Positions 1 through 8,175 of a stretch of 10,975 nucleotides of DNA are shown here, one piece after another. The first letter of the stretch is position 1. Each line of letters opens with the position of its first letter. The position numbers and the translations under genes are program-made. This DNA comes from an uncultured Deferribacteres bacterium. Its GTDB lineage: Bacteria > Zhuqueibacterota > Zhuqueibacteria > Zhuqueibacterales > Geothermadaptataceae. The stretch covers positions 1 through 10,975 of the forward strand of contig CAXHAT010000233.1 of assembly GCA_964014485.1 (NCBI GenBank), written 5' to 3'. The notes under the pieces were generated by a model. That model saw only the letters and a program-made list of their open reading frames with translations, ran no database searches and was not told the DNA's origin.

Positions 1-30
1 CGTGGGCTCGGAGATGTGTATAAGAGACAG
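1..30 (+). other. Illumina Nextera adapter remnant including the 19-bp Tn5 mosaic end (12-30); sequencing/assembly artefact
   Basis: CGTGGGCTCGGAGATGTGTATAAGAGACAG matches the 3' 30 nt of the Nextera read-2 adapter GTCTCGTGGGCTCGG-AGATGTGTATAAGAGACAG and sits exactly at the window edge. Confidence 0.98.
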
Positions 31-968
31 TCGTGTGAGTCGGTCCACTCCAATTCGGTGCGCTGCTCCGGCGTCAATAAAGTGACGTCGGGCGGGGCGT
101 CTTTTATCATTTCGATTTTGGCGTAATCCGACGACCAGGTCGCGCCATGGTCGGAAGTTGCTGAGAGAAAATAAAACCCGGCGGACTGGATCTGCTTTTT
201 TACCGAAAACCGATTTTGACTTTCCTTTTTTAAATTAACGGAATCGCCGCCGCTGAAAATCAACCTCGCCGAAGCAATCGCCTGATTGAAATCAATACGC
301 CAGTTTGCCCATGCGTTTTCTTCAGCGCGAAGAGCCAATTTTTTTGAATTATGCGGCTTTCTTTTCGTGTACGCGGGCGGCGTGATTTGAATGCGCAATT
401 TTTCGATTGAAATTGGGTTGGGCCGGGTCGTTGTTTCGCCGCCGCTCTCAGTCCGAGAAATTTGAGACGGGGTTTGAAAAAAGGACGCTTTGGGCAAGAG
501 AACGCCGGCAAGAGAAATGATCGCTGTCGCCCCAAGTACCAGCGCGGAAAACCGCAGCGCCGAAAAGAGCGGGCTTTGGGGCAGGAGCAGATCGAAGTTT
601 GTCTTTTCGATCTGGCGAGCGGCTTTTTCACGCTGAGCGCGCTCTAAGGCATTTAACGTTTCGGGGGAGCGCAGTAGCAGCTCACAGCTTTCCTCGGTTT
701 CCGGCATGATGCGATTGAGGTGCCGCGCCATGCTGCGTTCATCAAACGCTGCTCGCTCTTCTAAAAAATACAACACCGCACCAGCAATTAAAAAGGCGGC
801 GACTACAATGATCGCAAGGCTTGACCAGTCGCTTTGCAACAAAAAGAAAGCCAAGCAGGCAGCGGCGATCGAAACCGAAAAAGCGCGAAGAACAAGCGCG
901 ATCCGCCTTTTTCCCTGCCAGTCTTTGACTAATCTGGCGAGCGTTTTGTTTTCTGTTTCCAGCGTCAT
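31..968 (-). CDS. DUF4175-like membrane protein, N-terminal ~312 aa (3'-truncated at the adapter)
   Basis: Translated by hand. ATG at 968, 18 nt after the stop of the BatA-domain gene, and open to the contig end: MTLETENKTLARLVKDWQGKRRIALVLRAFSVSIAAACLAFFLLQSDWSSLAIIVVAAFLIAGAVLYFL...MARHLNRIMPETEESCELLL...LNALERAQRE...IQITPPAYT...IEMIKDAPPDVTLL. It has two N-terminal TM helices, a third hydrophobic stretch, and ITPPAYT and DxPPxV motifs typical of the proteins that follow BatA-domain genes. It is absent from the ORF track because it has no stop codon. Confidence 0.8.
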
Positions 969-986
969 GAGTTGTAAAGACTCAAA

Positions 987-2525
987 TTATTCTGTTTTCC
1001 AAATTGAGACGACGCGCTCTAACATAAAGATGATTGCGAGCAAAATCCACAGCGGCGTTTGAAGCGCCTGCAACGCACTCGCCGCTCTTGCGCCGGGACG
1101 CCGTTCGATCAAAATTGGCTGCACCTGCCGAGCGTCGACGGTGCGCAGATCATGCACCGGGTCTAGCTCGAAAGTTAAGTTTGCAAACTCTAACAACAGT
1201 GATTCGATCCATTGCGGAAAAACGGGATCGAGCGGCAAATCCGTCCATGTTGGATGAAAACGGCTGGCAAAATCGTACCTGATTCCGCTTTTCAGAATGG
1301 TTCTTGTGAGCAGCGGCTCTCCGCTCGGATCGTTCCAGACTGTGATTGCTTCGCTCAACCGGAGAGCGGTTCGGCGACGAATTCCCGGAGCACCGACAGT
1401 CGTCAAATTTTGTAGGACAATTTCTCCGTCAAGGCTTTCGTAACGCGCCCCGCCTGCATCAACGACTGAGAGTAGCGGCGGCCCGTCTTCTCCAAGATTT
1501 TCTGGAAAATCTTGTTTCGAAAGCCAAAAGATTATGCCGTCGCGAGGAAGGTCTTCTGGAATTTCTGTGACGAGCAGGGTCGTCAATTCGCAATAAATTT
1601 CATTTTGGCTGGCGGCGACTTCCAGGGCCGCACGCACATAGGCTGCATCTTCGCGGCGCTCGTCGTCATGAAAAATGACAGCGTTTATTTTGGGGGCTTG
1701 CGGCGTTAGTTCTGTTTTTTCAGACACAAGCGGCGTGTTTTCTTGCACAAATTCGACCGTTGCGGAGACGTCAGCCTGCTTCGGCGTGAAAAGAATTGGC
1801 GGCAAACTTTTGGCGCGCAACACAGCTTCTTCCCTCGGCAGCGAAAACTTGCGTTTTGCCAGCCAAACATTGACGGAATCGCTTACTCCGATTTCAACAA
1901 GCAGTGAATCTTGAGAAACGATGCGCGCGCTTTGTATCCACTGCTTTTCCGTTTGGATCGGCAAAAAATGCCAGTACACTTTACGCGAGATTTCAGGACG
2001 GCTGCCGTTGAAAAAGGCCAACTTTCGGGGCGCAAAGATATGAAACGCCGAGCCTGACGGCGCTTTTTTATCAGCAGAGCGGAGCAGTGACCAAATATTT
2101 TGCGGTATCGTCAGGTTCTCAAGCGGTTCGGAACGGCCAATTAACGGGAAATTGGGAGCTAACAATCGCAGTTCCGCGCCGTTCGTAAGGAGTGAATCAA
2201 TTGCGCGGTTTGCCGCGGCTGATTTGATTTCGCCGCTCACCAGAACCCAATCTTGCGGCGTATCGGTTCCGGCGGAATCCTGGCGCAGCAAGGCAGGCTT
2301 GGCCAGCAGAATGGCGAGCAGTCCAAACATGAGCGCGCGCAGAACCAAAAGGGGAAAATCGGTAAGCTTTAGATGGCGGATTCGCTTGCTCTGCGACGAT
2401 TCCAGGAAGCGTAAGCTGCTAATTTGTATGCGCTTGCCTTGCCTCCGGTTGAGCAGATGAATCGCGATTGGAATTACCAGCGCTGCAAGCGCCCAGAGCC
2501 AGGCGGACGAGAGAAATGAGATCAT
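987..2525 (-). CDS. BatA-type N-terminal double-transmembrane domain protein (512 aa) with C-terminal membrane anchor
   Basis: The N-terminus FLSSAWLWALAALVIPIAIHLLNRR...ISSLRFL...LLVLRALMFGLLAILLAKP is the BatA/N-terminal double-TM signature. The C-terminus LQTPLWILLAIIFMLERVVS is a typical terminal TM anchor. Confidence 0.88.
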   Translation of the reverse strand: MISFLSSAWLWALAALVIPIAIHLLNRRQGKRIQISSLRFLESSQSKRIRHLKLTDFPLLVLRALMFGLLAILLAKPALLRQDSAGTDTPQDWVLVSGEIKSAAANRAIDSLLTNGAELRLLAPNFPLIGRSEPLENLTIPQNIWSLLRSADKKAPSGSAFHIFAPRKLAFFNGSRPEISRKVYWHFLPIQTEKQWIQSARIVSQDSLLVEIGVSDSVNVWLAKRKFSLPREEAVLRAKSLPPILFTPKQADVSATVEFVQENTPLVSEKTELTPQAPKINAVIFHDDERREDAAYVRAALEVAASQNEIYCELTTLLVTEIPEDLPRDGIIFWLSKQDFPENLGEDGPPLLSVVDAGGARYESLDGEIVLQNLTTVGAPGIRRRTALRLSEAITVWNDPSGEPLLTRTILKSGIRYDFASRFHPTWTDLPLDPVFPQWIESLLLEFANLTFELDPVHDLRTVDARQVQPILIERRPGARAASALQALQTPLWILLAIIFMLERVVSIWKTE

Positions 2526-2572
2526 TCAGGCGACTGTTATTGGTTGAGAATCGGGAGCCGAATCATTTTGCA

Positions 2573-3850
2573 TCATTGGACATCGGAGGCGAGAGAAGCG
2601 TTCGAAGGCAGGCGCCCGTTCGATTTTGGATTCATAAAAAGCAGGCGGATGTACGTCATCGGCGATTTCAGGGCTTCTTTTGGCGCGGTTCCGGCCATCA
2701 TCATGGAAATCCAGTCGCGCACTTCCTGGTGTTTGGCCGCGCGGTCAACAACGAGATTGAGCAGCGGGCGGAACCGGCCAATGCGCTGCAAGGCGTAACT
2801 CTGGCGCAACTCCGGGCCGAGCGTTTCCCAAAGACGCTCGCCGTAAATTGAAAGCGCAGATGCGGAAAAATCTTCAGTTTTGCAAGCCTGCGCCAACGTT
2901 TCGGCGGCAATTTTTCCCGAGCACATGCCGTTGCCGATGCCTTCGCCGGAAAAGGGATCGATCAGTCCGGCGGCGTCGCCCAGAATCATGAAGCCGTCGC
3001 CGTGCGTCGGGCGCTTCTTGCTGCCGACGGGCAAATTCCAGCCGCTGATCCCGCCGAGCATCTTCGCGTCCTTGAATCTCTCGCGAAAAAAATCGGACTT
3101 TGTTGCGGCAACGTGGGCCTTGCGCAGGCTGATTTTTCGCTTCTTGAGCTCACTATGCAACATGCCGATGCCAACGTTGACTTTATCATCTTCCAGCGGA
3201 AAAATCCAAAAATAGCCGGGCAGCACGTCTTTGACAAAGTGGATTTCGATAGCGTCAGTCATGTTTTTAACGCCGCGATAGTAGGCGCGCGTCGCCACAA
3301 CCCAATGTTTTGGATCGTGGTCGTACAGGTTCAGTTTCCTGAGCAAGACAGAGTTGTAACCGTCCGCCGCGATGACGATTTTCGCGGTGATTTCTTCCAC
3401 CTCCCCGCCGCCGTTTTTGCCGACAACACCGCGAACGCGGTTGTTTTCAAGAATTACGTCGTTGATCGAAAAATTCTCGCGAGTTGCGACGCGCTCTTTG
3501 GCGTGTTGGAAAAGGAGATTGTCGAAAACTTCTCGGCGGCAAACGTAGCCGTAACTCTCGCGTTCGGCGTTCGGGGGCGTGAAGGACACAGTGGCAAGGA
3601 CGCCGTTCGGCGCGGAGAATGTGACCCCGTTTGCGCGGACTTGGGGTTGTTTTTCAAGCGCTTTGTGCAAGCCGAGTTCCTGCAAATAGCGCACGCTCTT
3701 CCCGGAAATGGCGTCGCCGCAAATCTTGTCGCGCGGGAACGTTTTTTTGTCGACGAGAAGAACGTTTAAACCCAATCTTTCCGCGTAGAGCGCACAAGTT
3801 GCGCCGGATGGTCCGCCGCCTATGATGACAGCATCAAAGTCATAGTTCAT
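2573..3850 (-). CDS. Geranylgeranyl reductase family FAD-dependent oxidoreductase (MenJ/DGGR-like), 425 aa
   Basis: Motifs DAVIIGGGPSGA (FAD-binding), DKKTFPRDKICGDAI, IAADG, GYFWIFP and GDAAGLIDPFSGEGI. Start moved from the track's 4027 to ATG 3850 (MNYDFDAVII) because the extension runs over the divergent intergenic region. Confidence 0.9.
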   Translation of the reverse strand: MNYDFDAVIIGGGPSGATCALYAERLGLNVLLVDKKTFPRDKICGDAISGKSVRYLQELGLHKALEKQPQVRANGVTFSAPNGVLATVSFTPPNAERESYGYVCRREVFDNLLFQHAKERVATRENFSINDVILENNRVRGVVGKNGGGEVEEITAKIVIAADGYNSVLLRKLNLYDHDPKHWVVATRAYYRGVKNMTDAIEIHFVKDVLPGYFWIFPLEDDKVNVGIGMLHSELKKRKISLRKAHVAATKSDFFRERFKDAKMLGGISGWNLPVGSKKRPTHGDGFMILGDAAGLIDPFSGEGIGNGMCSGKIAAETLAQACKTEDFSASALSIYGERLWETLGPELRQSYALQRIGRFRPLLNLVVDRAAKHQEVRDWISMMMAGTAPKEALKSPMTYIRLLFMNPKSNGRLPSNASLASDVQ

Positions 3851-3959
3851 AAATTCGTTTTCCGTTTTTTTTAAAGTCCCGAGTGTGATAGTAAAAAATT
3901 CAACCGTGATGCACAAGTGTTGCAGAATTGGCTCTTCATGACGTAAATAAGCAAACGAT

Positions 3960-3997
3960 TTGCATTGTCTTGATGGAATGTTTATATTTTTGCAAAA
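3960..3997 (+). promoter_or_regulatory. Candidate sigma70-type promoter of the TA operon with an overlapping palindrome
   Basis: TTGCAT (3960-3965), 17-nt spacer, TATATT (3983-3988). A perfect 10-bp palindrome TTTTGCAAAA (3988-3997) covers the expected start site, about 30 nt before ATG 4027. Confidence 0.4.
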
Positions 3998-4026
3998 TTC
4001 AAGGCGTATCGACAAAAGGCGGCCCA

Positions 4027-4275
4027 ATGGTAAGAATAGAAATAGGAAAACATCTGGTTACAGACAGTCGCGTATGCGGCGGCCGTTTAATTTTTAAAGG
4101 ATCGCGCATCCCGGTTTCAGACGTTCTTGAACTCATGGAAGCTGATTATTCAGCGGAAGCCATTATTTCGCAATATCATAACCTTTTGACGGAAGATGCG
4201 ATCCATGAAGCGATCACCTTTTTCAAACAAGGCCTGCTGCGCGAAACGCCTTTGGATATCAGAACCGCTGCATGA
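4027..4275 (+). CDS. DUF433-family antitoxin (VapB45-like HTH), 82 aa
   Basis: LVTDSRVCGGRLIFKGSRIPVSDVLELM...AIISQYHNLLTEDAIHEAI fits the DUF433 pattern (I..DP.VCGG.P.I.GTRI.V..IL......EI...YP.L...DI..A). ATG 4027 is preceded by AAAGGCGG. Its stop overlaps the next start (ATGA 4272-4275). Confidence 0.9.
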   Translation: MVRIEIGKHLVTDSRVCGGRLIFKGSRIPVSDVLELMEADYSAEAIISQYHNLLTEDAIHEAITFFKQGLLRETPLDIRTAA

Positions 4276-4658
4276 TCCTGCTCGATCATAATATTCCCGA
4301 AAATCAGGTCGAGTTGTTACGCGCCCGTCGAATCCGCCCGCGACAGATTGGTTTTGAGGTTGGGAGGCCGGAGTGGGATGATCATCAAGAAATTCTCCGC
4401 TATTTACACCAAAGAAAGCAAATCACTTTTATAACTCGCGATCTAGATTTTTACAATCCTCGTTTGTGCCACCCGAAATATTGCCTCGTTTTTATTGCAT
4501 GCCCGGTGTTAGAGACCGCAAAATTGGCTTTGCAATTTCTGGGACATGTCAAGTTTAATTCTCACGCCAAGCGAATGGGAAAAGTTGTCAGGCTCTCCAC
4601 TGAACAGATCATGTGGCGTGAAGTTAATCGACCCGCTCAACAAACAATACCCTGGTAA
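4272..4658 (+). CDS. PIN-like toxin, DUF5615/VapC45-like, 128 aa
   Basis: MILLDHNIP, W-D-D-x-x-E-I and ITRDLDF supply the acidic PIN active-site residues (D5, D36/D37, D57, D59). It is translationally coupled behind a DUF433 gene, the usual pairing. Confidence 0.85.
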   Translation: MILLDHNIPENQVELLRARRIRPRQIGFEVGRPEWDDHQEILRYLHQRKQITFITRDLDFYNPRLCHPKYCLVFIACPVLETAKLALQFLGHVKFNSHAKRMGKVVRLSTEQIMWREVNRPAQQTIPW

Positions 4659-4692
4659 ATTCTGAATTCTGGAATCAAAATCTCGACGAATC

Positions 4693-6387
4693 ATGATGAA
4701 AAGCAAAACTAAACTCTGGCAAATTATCATTATTTTATGCTCCTCTTCCTTGCTTTTTTCGCAAAACGATCCCTACGATTCCGGCGGGCCGATTATGCCG
4801 GAGCAAGCGGCGTACGACGTGAAATTTTACGATTTGTCGCTGACCGTCAATCCGGCGGACAGTACGATCCACGGCGAAATCGTTGTTGTTGCGGATTTGA
4901 CCGCGCCGCTACAAGAATTTGTGCTCAATCTCGACCCAAGACTCCAGGTTTCGAGTACCTGGTTGAAGTTTGAGGGAAGAGAACGAAAAGTAGATTTTGA
5001 GCATGAAAACGGGTTGATCAAAATTGCTTTTCCATTTACCGCCCAGCCCGGCCAAAGCGTTTCGGCGAGGGTGGCTTACGGCGGCAAGCCCCGCGTCGCT
5101 CCGCGCCCGCCCTGGGACGGCGGTTTTACCTGGGCGCGAACGCCTTCGGGTGCGCCGTGGATCGCAACAAGCTGCCAGGGACCGGGTGCAGACCTTTGGT
5201 GGCCGAACAAAGATCATCCTTCCGACGAGCCTGACTCGATGGCGCTGCGCATAACCGTTCCGGAAAATCTTGTCGTTGCTTCGAACGGCGTTTTGCGGTC
5301 AGTGCGAGAAAACGGCGATCAAACAAAAACTTTTCATTGGTTCGTCTCCACGCCGATCAATTCTTACACCGTCGCTCTGAATATCGCGCCCTATCGCGTC
5401 ATCGAGGACGATTTCAAAAGCGTGGACGGCACGAACTTTCCGGTTAAATTTTGGCTTTTGCCGGAAAGCTATGAAAACGGTCAGAAACTCTTCCCGGAAA
5501 TTCTCGACCACTTGCGTTTTTTTGAAAAATATTTTGGGCCATACCCGTTTCGTGCGCAAAAATACGGCGTTGCCGAAACGCCGCACCTGGGCATGGAGCA
5601 CCAGACGATTATCGCCTACGGAGCCAAGTTCAACAACGGCTCCATGACGCGCGGCGTGGATTGGGGATTTGACGCTTTGCACCACCACGAACTGGCGCAC
5701 GAGTGGTGGGGCAATCTGGTCACTTGCGCCGACTGGAAGGATTTCTGGATTCACGAAGGAATCGGCTCGTACACTCAGGCGATGTACGTTGAAGAGCTTT
5801 TTGGCGAAGCGCGCTACCACGAGTATATGAAGAGCGTCCGGGGCAGAATGCAAAATAGGAAGCCGCTTGCGCCACGCTTTTCCGTGAGCGCTGAAAATGC
5901 AACTCGCGACGCCTATTTTAAAGGCGCGTGGATGCTGCACACTTTGCGTTACCTGGTAGGAAAAGACGCCGTTTACAAAGCTTTGCGTCGGCTTGCCTAC
6001 CCTGACGCTTCCTGGGAAAAACGCACCGACGGCGGTCAGTGCCGCTTTGCTTCAAGCAACGATTTTGTTCGACTCGCCGAAGAAGCTTCAGGTCAGGAAT
6101 TGGATTGGTTTTTTGAAATTTATCTACGCGAAGCCAAATTGCCGGAGCTGCTTGTAGAACGCGACGGCAATTCCGTTCTATTGACCTGGAAAACGCCCCG
6201 GAACCTGCCGTTTCCCATGCCGGTCGAAGTGCAAATCAAGAACAAGAAGAAGCGGGTGGAATTCAAGGATGGCGAAGCGCGGATATCGGTGAAGGAAAAA
6301 GAAGAATTTGTTGTTGATCCCGACAATTGGGTCTTGATGAAGGCGGAAGACGCCAAAACGCGGGATGAGTCAGGTTCGCAAGAATAA
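4693..6387 (+). CDS. Secreted M1-family zinc aminopeptidase, 564 aa
   Basis: Signal peptide (MMKSKTKLWQIIIILCSSSLLFSQ), exopeptidase motif LGMEH, HELAH followed by 18 residues and then E (WIHEG), and downstream catalytic Tyr in AYFKGAW. Confidence 0.93.
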   Translation: MMKSKTKLWQIIIILCSSSLLFSQNDPYDSGGPIMPEQAAYDVKFYDLSLTVNPADSTIHGEIVVVADLTAPLQEFVLNLDPRLQVSSTWLKFEGRERKVDFEHENGLIKIAFPFTAQPGQSVSARVAYGGKPRVAPRPPWDGGFTWARTPSGAPWIATSCQGPGADLWWPNKDHPSDEPDSMALRITVPENLVVASNGVLRSVRENGDQTKTFHWFVSTPINSYTVALNIAPYRVIEDDFKSVDGTNFPVKFWLLPESYENGQKLFPEILDHLRFFEKYFGPYPFRAQKYGVAETPHLGMEHQTIIAYGAKFNNGSMTRGVDWGFDALHHHELAHEWWGNLVTCADWKDFWIHEGIGSYTQAMYVEELFGEARYHEYMKSVRGRMQNRKPLAPRFSVSAENATRDAYFKGAWMLHTLRYLVGKDAVYKALRRLAYPDASWEKRTDGGQCRFASSNDFVRLAEEASGQELDWFFEIYLREAKLPELLVERDGNSVLLTWKTPRNLPFPMPVEVQIKNKKKRVEFKDGEARISVKEKEEFVVDPDNWVLMKAEDAKTRDESGSQE

Positions 6388-6457
6388 GATTCGTTCCGAA
6401 AAGTCGAGAGTGTAGCGCCCCAAAGTTTGATGACAGATGGATTTAGAAACGGCTGGC

Positions 6458-7342
6458 TCAAATAAGCGGTATGGTGAGCCGGATTCTTTTCTGTGCATCA
6501 GGATTGAATACGCAGACGCCGAGCGTTAATAAATTCAGACATACTTCAAAATCGGGATCGCGTTCAATGATGTTCCATGCCCGCCGCATATCGCAAGACC
6601 AGGAAATATCATCGAAGACAACGATAGCCGGCGCCTTGAGATGCGGACGAATCATGCGATAATATTTGAGCATGGCTGAACCGACGTGATGACCGTCGAT
6701 AAACACAAAATCATAGCCGGTTGAGAGCGCTTGCGGCAGTTTCTCGCTAAACGGTCCAACAATTGATGTCGTTTTTTTCGATAATCCGAATCGTGTCAGG
6801 TGATCACCGGCTTTTCGTGCAAACGCTTCCGCCCCTTCGATAGTCACAAGGCTTCCTGCGCCGTTCAAGAGTTGTGCGGCGGCGAGGTAAGCCGTTGAAA
6901 CACCTAGATTCGTTCCCAATTCCAGGCAGCGCTGAGACTGGAAACGCCGAACCAAATTCATGAGAAAAAAACACCAGAACGGCGGCTTTGCGGACAACCA
7001 GCACGTTAAATTTATGGGACGCGATTGCAAACCGGGAGCATCTCTTCGCGTTGTGTTTTCATAAAAATTGCCCGCGCCAAAATCATGAATGAAAACGCTT
7101 TCTTCATCTTCGAATAATTGAAAACGTAATTTTTCGATGGCTTCGATCCAAGGCAATTCCTTGGGATCTGGCGTTCCGGATAACGTTGTTGCCAAAGCCG
7201 TACTCAACGGTCGTAAACCTTCCGGCAAGTCTTTCCCAAGACGCTCTACTACCGGCGCCGCACGCCAAATCAGCAGTTCTCGACTGATCTGCTTCCACAA
7301 AAGCTTGTTGCCGATTTTGATCAAGTATTTGTAAGATTTCAT
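6458..7342 (-). CDS. Class I SAM-dependent methyltransferase (Methyltransf_24-like), ~294 aa
   Basis: Motifs CLELGTNLGVS (motif I), VTIEG, YDFVFIDGHH and VVFDDISWS. Start placed at ATG 7342 (MKSYKYLIK), preceded by GGGGA. The track's 7489 start overlaps the divergent gene. Confidence 0.85.
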   Translation of the reverse strand: MKSYKYLIKIGNKLLWKQISRELLIWRAAPVVERLGKDLPEGLRPLSTALATTLSGTPDPKELPWIEAIEKLRFQLFEDEESVFIHDFGAGNFYENTTRRDAPGLQSRPINLTCWLSAKPPFWCFFLMNLVRRFQSQRCLELGTNLGVSTAYLAAAQLLNGAGSLVTIEGAEAFARKAGDHLTRFGLSKKTTSIVGPFSEKLPQALSTGYDFVFIDGHHVGSAMLKYYRMIRPHLKAPAIVVFDDISWSCDMRRAWNIIERDPDFEVCLNLLTLGVCVFNPDAQKRIRLTIPLI

Positions 7343-7472
7343 TGTCCCCAACGGTTTAAAATGTGATTTTACAACGTGTTTGTTTCCGCCCGGCGCCATT
7401 GCCGTATTGAAGCTGACAAGTAGATGGCCGTAAATTGTAAACATGCAAAAACACGAACTCCACAAAAACCGG

Positions 7473-8114
7473 ATGACTGCCGTCATCATTCTGAACAGCC
7501 CGCAGATTTTAGAGAAGGTTTTTCACCAAAAACGTGCGGAAACCGATGTTGTCATTTGCTGTGACGGCGGGGCGAATCGCGCATTTGAAATCGGCGTTCC
7601 CCCCGATTTTGTCATCGGCGATCTGGATTCTTTATCGGAAGAAAGCCGGAAAAAACTATCTGCCGAGAGTATTGTCCATCGACCGTCGCAATATAAGACA
7701 GACCTTGAAAAAGCGCTGGATTTCGCTCTGGAAAAAGGCGTGACGGGAGTTGAAGTTTTTGGCGTTGCTGGCGGACGGCTGGATCATCAATTGACCAATA
7801 TTCAAATGTTGCAAAAATACGCCGGACTGCTTCGGATCAAATTTTATGATGAGTCCGGCTATGGCTTCTTCATTGATAGCTCAGCAAAATTTCGAGCGCA
7901 AATCGGCCAGCAAATCAGCCTGATTGCTTTTAAGCGCGTAAGCGGCGTTCAGACGCAAGGCTTAAAATATGCGCTAAACGGAGAGAACCTGGAGTGGGGT
8001 GTGCGAGACGGGCAAAGCAACGAAGCGATTGAAGAAGACGTTGAAATTTCAGTCAGGAAGGGTGTCCTGACTGTTTTTTGCGTTTGGCTTGAAACGTCAA
8101 AAACAGACGAATAA
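7473..8114 (+). CDS. thiN: Thiamine pyrophosphokinase (thiamine diphosphokinase)
   Basis: Motifs ICCDGGAN, PDFVIGDLDS, KTDLEKAL, GGRLDH, GLKYAL and QSNE. Start is most likely ATG 7473 (MTAVIILN); an in-frame ATG at 7443 is an alternative. Confidence 0.93.
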   Translation: MTAVIILNSPQILEKVFHQKRAETDVVICCDGGANRAFEIGVPPDFVIGDLDSLSEESRKKLSAESIVHRPSQYKTDLEKALDFALEKGVTGVEVFGVAGGRLDHQLTNIQMLQKYAGLLRIKFYDESGYGFFIDSSAKFRAQIGQQISLIAFKRVSGVQTQGLKYALNGENLEWGVRDGQSNEAIEEDVEISVRKGVLTVFCVWLETSKTDE

Positions 8115-8162
8115 ATCGCATCCCAACCCGGACAAGCCGGAACCAATCAGGTGCGGTTATTC
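8109..8162 (+). other. Nested stem-loop straddling the thiN stop codon
   Basis: GAATAA(A)TCGCATC (8109-8122) can pair with GGTGCGGTTATTC (8150-8162): 13 bp with 2 G-U pairs and one bulged A. It encloses CCGG-ACAAG-CCGG (8128-8140). Confidence 0.4.
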
Positions 8163-8175
8163 AACCTCGTGACTC

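Noticed and set aside
12..30. Tn5/IS50 end suggesting a transposon
   Set aside because: It is the synthetic mosaic end within a Nextera adapter, and there is no transposase in the window.
260..1062. Track ORFs 260-631, 462-647 and 706-1062
   Set aside because: Off-frame or antisense shadows of the real 31-968 gene.
3002..3769. 255-aa plus-strand ORF
   Set aside because: Antisense to the well-supported reductase and has no recognisable motifs.
3851..4027. N-terminal extensions of the reductase (to 4027) and of DUF433 (from 3928)
   Set aside because: They overlap each other across a divergent AT-rich promoter region, and the family motifs begin at 3850 and 4027.
4658..4671. Tandem heptamer AATTCTG x2
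   Set aside because: Only two copies, which is compatible with chance.
5299..5940. 213-aa minus-strand ORF
   Set aside because: Antisense shadow of the M1 aminopeptidase catalytic domain.
7343..7472. TPP riboswitch upstream of thiN
   Set aside because: No CTGAGA or CCTGA...AGCGTAGG core is visible; the region is a short divergent promoter interval.
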